64,000 bases of DNA from the NCBI GenBank assembly GCA_002863065.1, contig PKDL01000514.1, positions 65-64,064 on the forward strand, given 5' to 3'. Source of the DNA: Pseudomonadota bacterium. GTDB lineage: Bacteria; Myxococcota_A; UBA9042; GCA-2863065. The translations under genes and the position numbers were made by a program. Position 1 is the first letter of the stretch. Each line of letters opens with the position of its first letter. Below the pieces are notes generated by a model, which had not been told where the DNA came from, did not search any database, and was given only the letters and a program-made list of their open reading frames with translations. This document shows, piece by piece, positions 56,730 through 64,000 of the stretch.

Positions 56730-57991
56730 TTGCCGTGATATTTGGAGCACTGGCACTCGCATACGGATTCATACTCGTCCGCTCCTACCAGCATCCATCT
56801 TGGTTGCGTGGGGTGGCGCTGGTGCACCTCATACAGGTAGTTGCAGCTGCCGCATACCGAGGAGACCTCCCACCCGCTGGTTGGAGCTCAGCGCTCATGC
56901 TAGCCAGCGGGATTCCTGCATTGGTAGCTTTCGTGCGACCGCACATAGGTCAACGGCTGCTTGGTATGTTGTGCATCTGGTGCATTGCCAGCATCGGACT
57001 AGTGAGCGGCCCTCAAGGTCGTGGTGTTGTGCAGTGGATACCGTGGTCTATTCCCCATATTACGTTATCCATTGGGGCGCTAGGATGCTTATTCGTTGCT
57101 GCAAGTGGGGCAGCGATCCAGCTGCGCGGACATGTCGTTGGCTTACTTCTACTCACACTCTTCTTAGTGGCAATACCACTGCTCTCGCCTCGAGCCGATG
57201 CAGTATATGCTTTCTCTGATGGCGCCCCCGTCCAGGCCTCAGTGCTCGTTGGCAACCTACAAGGTGATAGCGGCCTAGTGCGTAAAGTATGGGCCATGAT
57301 CCCTGGACCTACGTGGCCACGACAGGTCGGCACAGGACTGCTCATTTTTGCTCTCATGAGTGGTATCGCTGCCTATCATGCTGGCCGCCGCATCCCGCGT
57401 TGGGTACGCCTGCTAGGTTTCGTAGGGGCAGTACTTCCTACGGTTTTCCTAGTCATTCGCTGGTGGCCTGGAGTAACAGTATCGACAGAGCAGATAATGC
57501 AAGCGGCGCGTGACACCATTGAGCTGGAGTTATCGCAGAGCGAGGTCATTCGGGGTGTACGCCTTCCGACAGGACCATTTGGTGGCGGTCTTGGTGCAAC
57601 TGCAGCCGCTCTAATCTTCCCACTCGCAGCCGTTGCGCTAGCAGCTCTCGCAATGCTACCTGCCGCAGATGAAGGCATGCGTGCCCTCGCGAACCGACTG
57701 GAGCAAATAGCAGGTCAGCTTGCGACTGCACTACTCGCAGGGGGAGTTCTAACTGGGATGGTTTGGGCAAACTTCAGCTGGGGAGGACCTACCTACCCCG
57801 ATCCGAAACTATACGCAGGGATAACGGCACTATTGATACTGGGTATGTGGCACATTGCCGACACCGAGCTCACGCGAAAGTCACCACTGCCGAGCTGGCT
57901 CATGATCGTCGCTTTGCTAGTGCTTCTATGGTCAGTGGTTGGCCCCTCAATAGGATGGATGGCTCCAACTCTGCATAATTTTGGTCCGTAA
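56726..57991 (+). CDS. ccsA: Cytochrome c-type biogenesis protein CcsA/ResC (system II heme lyase)
   Basis: Polytopic; WWD-type Trp-rich motif VWANFSWGGPTYPDPK. Confidence 0.65.
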   Translation: MIAVIFGALALAYGFILVRSYQHPSWLRGVALVHLIQVVAAAAYRGDLPPAGWSSALMLASGIPALVAFVRPHIGQRLLGMLCIWCIASIGLVSGPQGRGVVQWIPWSIPHITLSIGALGCLFVAASGAAIQLRGHVVGLLLLTLFLVAIPLLSPRADAVYAFSDGAPVQASVLVGNLQGDSGLVRKVWAMIPGPTWPRQVGTGLLIFALMSGIAAYHAGRRIPRWVRLLGFVGAVLPTVFLVIRWWPGVTVSTEQIMQAARDTIELELSQSEVIRGVRLPTGPFGGGLGATAAALIFPLAAVALAALAMLPAADEGMRALANRLEQIAGQLATALLAGGVLTGMVWANFSWGGPTYPDPKLYAGITALLILGMWHIADTELTRKSPLPSWLMIVALLVLLWSVVGPSIGWMAPTLHNFGP

Positions 57992-58117
57992 CCAGGCGTT
58001 TTGTACCCCGCAAAGAGCGATTAGTGCCCGTTTAACTGTCGCATTACGCTTCGCACAATTGAGTCCGCCCTAGACAATGATTTTGATCCCTATCAGCCCT
58101 ACCACTACCATCACGGG

Positions 58118-58372
58118 GTGAGCGCCGCGTCTAACCAGATCTCTCAGGACCACGAGGGAATGACTATTTGGGTCGTAGAGGTACTTAGTAACGGTGCGTG
58201 GGAGCTCCGAAATGGCCCCCTACCCAGCTACGATATGGCCCGTGCTTGCATTAACGAAAACATGGTCGAAAACAACCGCTGGCGTATACGTGGCGGGGTT
58301 GATGTCATGGACACAGTGGTCGAACCGACCTTGCCAAAAGCGAAGAAGAAAGCGTCGTCTAAAACCCCCTAA
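58118..58372 (+). CDS. Small hypothetical protein with basic C-terminal tail
   Basis: ORF only. Confidence 0.2.
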   Translation: MSAASNQISQDHEGMTIWVVEVLSNGAWELRNGPLPSYDMARACINENMVENNRWRIRGGVDVMDTVVEPTLPKAKKKASSKTP

Positions 58373-58393
58373 GTATCTCCGTAGAATTATGCG

Positions 58394-60769
58394 TTAGAGC
58401 AGGCCGACGCGCCTACGAAACCACCATTCAACCGTCAAAACTAAACAGGCCAAAATAAACACGGCCGGCACATTCCAGCGTTCATGGTAGCGACGGCTAG
58501 TGACATCGGACACGCGTGGTGGATTGAACTTCAAAGATGGATTTCGTGCACTCAAGGTATAAGACTGGCCACCGGTGATCTCGGAAAGCTCAGCCAGAAG
58601 CCCGCTATTGGCAATAACAGCTCGCATCTCGGGTCGCTCATCACTTACGACGAATACGGTTTTCGCCTCGATACGTCGGCCTGCGATCATCGCCTTCACT
58701 TGCACGTCATATACCCCTGCTTGAACCGGTTCATAGCGCACTGCGCTTCGACCTGACTCATCTGAGGTTAAATCAGTGCGCTTGAATACCAACTCAGAAG
58801 AGGGCCCTGCGGCGTCGTCTGAACGTCGATATACTGACAGGTCGAATCGTGTTCCTGATTGCGGCGTGTAGTCTGGAGCAAAGGCTCGTATGTCGAGATT
58901 CACGTCCTCTCCAAGTGCTCGGACACCTGCGCTGGGAGAAACGCGCACTAGATCTAGATCTGGATCCTTCACCAACCATCGGATGAGATTGGTCCAAAAC
59001 GTGTCGTAATGAGCTGCGTCGCCGCCCTCTCCCGTGACCGGCATTTTCATTCGCCAAGAGGAGTCTGATGCAAGCGCTGCAACGCGTCCATCGCCAGGTT
59101 CTCCAATCGCCAAGATAGGCATCGGTTTTCCCTGTCTTGTCTCTAACGTCGGGTGTTGAAGCAGTACGAGGGCGTTTTCCGCCACACCATCCAGTACATT
59201 CGCCCCTCGAAACTCAGGCATAGCGGCCCAAAGCGCATTATTCTTCCGCGTGTCATACACCAGCCGCGTAATACTATGAGATTCCCCAACGTCACTCAGC
59301 TCTGCATGGAATGGCTCCAGATTGAGTACCGAATCAGGATCCCCACTTGGGATGGCCATCTGCACTGGCAGGGCGTTCTCCAGCTCCGTGCCGTCCCACC
59401 CGCCTGCACCGAAACTAAGCCGTCCACCAATCATCGCTAGGGCGCCACCTTGCTCCAGGTAGTCTCGTATCCGAAAGAGGTGCTGATCGGTATTGAAGGG
59501 GCCATAATTAAAGTCCTGAAGCACAACGAGATCGAAACTCCCAAGCTCTTCTACGAATAATTGCTGTGCAGGGAATGGGATAAGGGACGTTTCGCCCGGC
59601 CGGAAACTTCGTCCTTGTCCCTGCCGTATCAGGATAAAAAAACTAATCAGCTGGATATTAGGCGTGCGGCGTAAATGGTTTCGCAGAAATCGCACATCCC
59701 AGCTGGGATGACCCGCAATCTGAAGTACTCGTATTTTATCGCGATTTATTCTAATTACCGCATGACGCTCGTTATTCTCGATGGTCACTTCATTTGGAAA
59801 GGGCTTCGCCCGTACGGAATACACTCGGTGCCCTAGCTCCACCGGGGTAAACTCGAATGACGCGGTGTACTGCGTCAAACCCGGTTCTATCTCGTAGGTA
59901 ACTGAGCGAACTAACCGGCCCTCCTCCAAAAGCTCTACTTCAATGCTGCCACTGTCGTAACCATGCACTTCGATGACGGCCTCGAGTGTTGTGAGGTTAC
60001 GTTTGAAGGCGAAGGGGCTGTACCGAAGCTCTTTTACGGAAACGTCCTGAATAGACGCTGAATCCAGACCAAAAGTGTAAATGGGGGCACGGAAAGACTG
60101 GAGTAGCCGACGACTCGATGAATCTAGACGATTGCCTCCTCCAGAAAGGCGCCCCAATCGGCCATTATCGATCCCATCAGACAGTAATAAGATTCCACCA
60201 ATATCCCGATTCCGATAGCGATCCCGTAACTCTTCCAACGTTTCAAGAATGTTCGTATGGGTACCACGACCTTGGAGCGCGGAACCCATGTCGCGCCATT
60301 TCGTAGCCTCAACCGAGTCCCCAAAGACGTAGCTCTCGATGATGTTGGATTGTTCCAGATCACGCCACAATGCTTCATTACCTGAGACAAAATCCACGAG
60401 CATCCGTGAACGGGTTGTATCGTCTTGAGGTAGCGCCATGCTTGCAGAATCATCCGCCAACAGAAGCACAACATTGGTAGACCGCGCCCGCCGCTCTTCC
60501 AGCAATGCTGGCTGAAAAAAAGCAAACAACAGAATGCCTACGATAACCAGACGGAGGAACAAGAGAATTCCGCGATCACGCCAGCTAGGAATACGCCGGG
60601 CATTCCACATGGATAAGCCGATGATAAAAAGTACCAATACGAATACGAGGGCCTGTTGTGCATCTGACCATGCGGCCAGCTGTACCCAACGGGTATCGAT
60701 TCCCTCCGCGGATTCTGGGAGCGGCTCGCCTACGAGAAACGTCGTAAACCGTTGCAGGAGTTCCCTCAC
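58394..60769 (-). CDS. Membrane-anchored BatA-like von Willebrand factor A domain protein with large C-terminal beta-rich region
   Basis: Two N-terminal TM helices then VWA with MIDAS LLADDSASM (DxSxS), ILLLSDGIDNG. Confidence 0.55.
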   Translation of the reverse strand: MRELLQRFTTFLVGEPLPESAEGIDTRWVQLAAWSDAQQALVFVLVLFIIGLSMWNARRIPSWRDRGILLFLRLVIVGILLFAFFQPALLEERRARSTNVVLLLADDSASMALPQDDTTRSRMLVDFVSGNEALWRDLEQSNIIESYVFGDSVEATKWRDMGSALQGRGTHTNILETLEELRDRYRNRDIGGILLLSDGIDNGRLGRLSGGGNRLDSSSRRLLQSFRAPIYTFGLDSASIQDVSVKELRYSPFAFKRNLTTLEAVIEVHGYDSGSIEVELLEEGRLVRSVTYEIEPGLTQYTASFEFTPVELGHRVYSVRAKPFPNEVTIENNERHAVIRINRDKIRVLQIAGHPSWDVRFLRNHLRRTPNIQLISFFILIRQGQGRSFRPGETSLIPFPAQQLFVEELGSFDLVVLQDFNYGPFNTDQHLFRIRDYLEQGGALAMIGGRLSFGAGGWDGTELENALPVQMAIPSGDPDSVLNLEPFHAELSDVGESHSITRLVYDTRKNNALWAAMPEFRGANVLDGVAENALVLLQHPTLETRQGKPMPILAIGEPGDGRVAALASDSSWRMKMPVTGEGGDAAHYDTFWTNLIRWLVKDPDLDLVRVSPSAGVRALGEDVNLDIRAFAPDYTPQSGTRFDLSVYRRSDDAAGPSSELVFKRTDLTSDESGRSAVRYEPVQAGVYDVQVKAMIAGRRIEAKTVFVVSDERPEMRAVIANSGLLAELSEITGGQSYTLSARNPSLKFNPPRVSDVTSRRYHERWNVPAVFILACLVLTVEWWFRRRVGLL

Positions 60770-61548
60770 GGTGTACGTATCTCTGGCGGGTTGATTTGCC
60801 AGCGACGTGCTTTAAGCAAGTACGACCGATGCACTTGGTCGTCTTTGTAGTCTAAGCACATAGCGTACATGACCAAGTTGACGGCCATGCGCTGTGCGAG
60901 CTCCCGCTGCTTTTCGCCGCCGGGCACCACATCGTGGGACCATGCGCCAATCTGGTCCCGGTCCAATGCGCCCGTCAAATCGTTCTGCATGTACACCACG
61001 GCCAGTCGCTCATCGATAAAGAGGCCCTCGACAAAGTTGTGATGAATGGCCCGACCTGGGGGATAATCTAACTTGTAGAGTGAGCGAAACAATACGTGAG
61101 ACGCTGGGACTTTGATAAGCGGTCGTCCCGGGAACATGGTCTGAAACTCGGCGCGAAGGGATTGGTCAAACGACTCTGATGGCCGCGTCAAACCCGTATT
61201 ATCAACAATCAGAAATCCGCCACTCTCAACCCACTTTTTTAGATTCATTCGCTCAACTTGACTAAGTCGGAAACGCATATCCCCCGAAAGTACCGCTATC
61301 GGTAGTTCGAATAGCCGCCGGTCGGTCAGGGCAATACCAGAGCGAAGTGTCCCATCTAGGCGTACATCAATCGATGTCCGAAAACGAACCTCTTGAGACC
61401 ATACGTGTGTGGCGTAAGGTCTCGAATTCCAGTTGCCTGTATATCGCAACGAAACGAGCTGAAGCTGGTCTTCGGGACCCATCGCCCCCACGGATGGCGC
61501 CAGCATCGTGGCGCCGAATCCGCATAATATGCTCCGTCTGGATAGCAT
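60766..61548 (-). CDS. Tat-signal DUF4159-like protein
   Basis: MLSRRSILCGFGATMLAPSVGA Tat/sec signal; overlapping stop/start with VWA gene; DUF4159 typically partners BatA/VWA genes. Confidence 0.4.
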   Translation of the reverse strand: MLSRRSILCGFGATMLAPSVGAMGPEDQLQLVSLRYTGNWNSRPYATHVWSQEVRFRTSIDVRLDGTLRSGIALTDRRLFELPIAVLSGDMRFRLSQVERMNLKKWVESGGFLIVDNTGLTRPSESFDQSLRAEFQTMFPGRPLIKVPASHVLFRSLYKLDYPPGRAIHHNFVEGLFIDERLAVVYMQNDLTGALDRDQIGAWSHDVVPGGEKQRELAQRMAVNLVMYAMCLDYKDDQVHRSYLLKARRWQINPPEIRTP

Positions 61549-61555
61549 TGGCCGG

Positions 61556-62458
61556 CTAATCAGACTCCGGAGTAGCGGGTATATACGGGGTTAGGCACAC
61601 ACTAAACTTAGAAGACACCGACTCATTGACGCCATCACAATCAAGGTCGAGATCTTCCTGCACTAAACCGCTGGCTGTTTCTCTAAATACTTCCGGTACT
61701 ACTGACATCAGTTCCGCTTTGATGACGATCCCCTCAAGCGTCCCAGTCGCCCAGTCATACTTGATTTGCCGCAAAATCGCAGGCCCATCTAGGATACCCT
61801 CGATCGGTACCGGCATATTAGAACCGTACTGCGTTGTGCAGTCGTCATTATATTCGGGCTTGCCGGTGGACCACACCGTATTGAACTCACAACCCTGAGA
61901 AAAAGACCCATCCACGCTCATGGTGATCACCAGACCATCGAGTATCGATTCCTCGATAATTGGGTTCGCCAAGGGCGCCATCGTCGTCAGCCCGCCATAT
62001 GCTTCCATAACCATTGAACGAATCATGTACACGCCCGTCACCGCTGGACACTCGTCTTGTGCCGTAAAAGCATCCGTCTGTGCACTGCATTCCGCGGGAA
62101 CGTCCAACCAGGGTTCATCCGCTCCACAGCGATGACTGGTTTGTACCTCAGTATCGTCCTTTCCAACCGGGTCATCAGAATCTGAACTCGGTATACGTCT
62201 ATCAGTGCAATCTGCAGTGAACCCAGCGTCGAACGCTACGGTGTTGTCGATCTCAACAGCGACATCGCCAATACCGAAATGCCGAGGGCCAAGCCCGCTC
62301 ACGACAGCATTTACGGAATCGCAACGCCCACTGGATGTACAAAGCATCCCGTCGCCACAATCAGAATCAATGCGACATGCATCGCCCACCTCACCTGCAC
62401 AACTCGCCGCCGTAATGACCATGACTAGCCTGCAGATATGTCGTGAAAAATTGCCCAT
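61556..62458 (-). CDS. Secreted Cys-rich lipoprotein
   Basis: Signal LVMVITAASCAG; CRIDSDCGDGMLCTSSGRCDS module. Confidence 0.45.
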   Translation of the reverse strand: MGNFSRHICRLVMVITAASCAGEVGDACRIDSDCGDGMLCTSSGRCDSVNAVVSGLGPRHFGIGDVAVEIDNTVAFDAGFTADCTDRRIPSSDSDDPVGKDDTEVQTSHRCGADEPWLDVPAECSAQTDAFTAQDECPAVTGVYMIRSMVMEAYGGLTTMAPLANPIIEESILDGLVITMSVDGSFSQGCEFNTVWSTGKPEYNDDCTTQYGSNMPVPIEGILDGPAILRQIKYDWATGTLEGIVIKAELMSVVPEVFRETASGLVQEDLDLDCDGVNESVSSKFSVCLTPYIPATPESD

Positions 62459-62476
62459 ACGATTAGGTAGTTCCCT

Positions 62477-63958
62477 TCACTCAAGTCCCATGACAAGGTC
62501 GTAGTGATGTATCTCACCCGGCTGACCAAGCACACGGATGTAGAATTCTATGTTCTCTTCCGGGAGGTACCGAAGTTCGACACCATCCGAGGCAGACAAC
62601 CCGTCCGCTAGCTTAACGAGGTCGGAACCTTCGTAGCGATACAGCTCCGCATTCAAAAGCGCCTCATTGCTAAATCCGAAAACGTATACGAATAACTCTT
62701 CAAATGCGCCGCCTTGAATGCGATACCAATCTTCTCCACCCGGACATATCTTCAACCGAGTAACAAATCCATCATCACTGTTGATATCGAGCGCGGAATT
62801 GGGTGAGTTTGTCGGACTAAATCGATCGTCCTGGCATGCCCCCGGCGGATCCTCCACTGAGAAGGCCATCGTATAGAATGTGGTAACTTCACCCTTGGTT
62901 GTTAGACGCCAACGCAATGCACCGGCCGCAGCCGCTGTTGCTTCCCAACCGACCACAAATGGATCATCGTCGAGCCCAAACGGAGATCCGATGACTTGAG
63001 TGCCCTGTGCATCGCTTACCATGACGAGTTCTAACTGAGAGTCGAGCGGTGATTCAGGATAAGCCACGACAGTGAGTGTTTCGCCCGCATTGACATCAAC
63101 ACGATACCAATCTTCTTTATCGGCGCAGATCAGTAGGTCGGAATATCCATTTTCCGGCAGCAAAATCGACTGTCCCGGGTTGTGGTTTGGTGAGAATCCG
63201 TCTTCGAAACAAACCGTTGCTGTAGGCACAATCTGAATGTCGAGTACGCCCGCATTACTGGCTCCCCGAAACCCAGAGACCTCAAGCAATAAGGTCGCTC
63301 CTTCGAGAAAGTGCACCGTAATTGTCTCACCATTGCTAGCGGTATCACTTCGGCCCAGTAAGTCTCCGTCGCTAGTGTAAAGCGCGAGGTCAAGATCACC
63401 GAATGCATGGTCGAAACTCAGATCCACCAAAACTGACTGCCCTGCTTGAGCCACGATGCTGAACATGTCGCGATCACCCGGACAAATCACCACATCTCGC
63501 TGGCCAGACGCCACTAATGTAGATTCGTCTGGCACATCGTTAGGCTCGAAACTGTCGTTGGGGCAAGCGCCATCAGTCGAGCTAAGTACGAGACCGTACG
63601 TTAGGTCTCCTCCTTTTTCTCCGTCCGGAGTCTTTACCCGAATGTAGACCGGAGAAGTGGTTGGTACAAAAGCCGCAACGTCCGATGGCTGGTCAGGTGG
63701 AAGCGGATAAATAATACGCCCTTCCTCATCATGGAAGCTCAAAGCGAGTGCACCATGCGAGGGTTCATGAATGAGCTCGGCAGAAAATACGGAGCCAGGT
63801 TCCACTTCAGACCGATACCAGTCAGCGCCTCCCTGCCCTAGGCACCAACGAAGGTCGAGGGTAACACCAAGCTCGAGCATATGTGCCGAAAATACCGTGT
63901 CATTCGGCTCCATGGCGTCATCCCGGCAGCCCCCCGTCCATCCGACGGGGTAGTTCAC
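62477..63958 (-). CDS. Protein with four tandem PPC (bacterial pre-peptidase C-terminal)-like domains
   Basis: Repeated EPND...DWYR / FEPNDVPDES...DRDMFSI / FSPNHNPGQS...EDWYRV / FSPTNSPNSA...EDWYRIQ modules. Confidence 0.55.
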   Translation of the reverse strand: MNYPVGWTGGCRDDAMEPNDTVFSAHMLELGVTLDLRWCLGQGGADWYRSEVEPGSVFSAELIHEPSHGALALSFHDEEGRIIYPLPPDQPSDVAAFVPTTSPVYIRVKTPDGEKGGDLTYGLVLSSTDGACPNDSFEPNDVPDESTLVASGQRDVVICPGDRDMFSIVAQAGQSVLVDLSFDHAFGDLDLALYTSDGDLLGRSDTASNGETITVHFLEGATLLLEVSGFRGASNAGVLDIQIVPTATVCFEDGFSPNHNPGQSILLPENGYSDLLICADKEDWYRVDVNAGETLTVVAYPESPLDSQLELVMVSDAQGTQVIGSPFGLDDDPFVVGWEATAAAAGALRWRLTTKGEVTTFYTMAFSVEDPPGACQDDRFSPTNSPNSALDINSDDGFVTRLKICPGGEDWYRIQGGAFEELFVYVFGFSNEALLNAELYRYEGSDLVKLADGLSASDGVELRYLPEENIEFYIRVLGQPGEIHHYDLVMGLE

Positions 63959-64000
63959 TAGCGTGTAGTGCCCTGCTTTGGGCAGTCGACCTGTGCGGTC

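Noticed and set aside
1-64000. CRISPR arrays, IS elements, integrons and prophage
   Set aside because: No regularly spaced direct repeats, transposase or integrase other than housekeeping xerC, and no phage structural genes were seen. xerC sits in the conserved xerC-hslVU context, so it is not a mobile-element marker.

Overview
This window is high-GC (~58%), densely coding bacterial chromosome with about 50 genes. The content suggests a Myxococcota/Bradymonadia-like (deltaproteobacterial) predator or marine heterotroph; that is an inference from gene content, not a match.

Housekeeping genes are interspersed with accessory-looking envelope and secreted-protein genes. The housekeeping set is Slt lytic transglycosylase, RNase G, Ffh, GpsA, RsmB/F, archaeal-type LeuC/LeuD, XerC-HslV-HslU, ArgD-like aminotransferase, CoaE and system-II cytochrome c biogenesis ResB/CcsA.

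The accessory set includes several Cys-rich secreted lipoproteins, among them a 1376-aa Ig-like plus slime-mold-repeat giant protein, a CAP/SCP-domain lipoprotein and a PPC-repeat protein. It also includes a DUF1501 + PSCyt/DUF1553 pair, an MBOAT + SGNH O-acyltransferase pair, GT2/GT-C glycosyltransferases, and a BatA-like VWA + DUF4159 pair.

The most interesting items are these:
- A thioredoxin-fold peroxiredoxin-like gene (34795-35340) has an in-frame TGA exactly at the first Cys of its redox motif (W-U-P-N-C-R), followed by a hairpin. This is a candidate selenoprotein with a SECIS element.
- A tightly overlapping five-gene operon runs LeuC-LeuD-FAD oxidoreductase-LuxE-LuxC (35341-40761).
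- A GspE/PilB-like secretion ATPase (51970-53577) keeps tandem MshEN c-di-GMP-binding motifs but has degenerate Walker A, Walker B and His boxes, so it looks like a pseudo-ATPase c-di-GMP receptor.
- A somatomedin-B-like cysteine knot sits inside the PSCyt/DUF1553 protein.
- A P-loop-less ParA/MinD-like protein (11866-13446) and a candidate TetR operator palindrome (20206-20258) were also seen.

No CRISPR array, rRNA, tRNA or obvious mobile element was seen.
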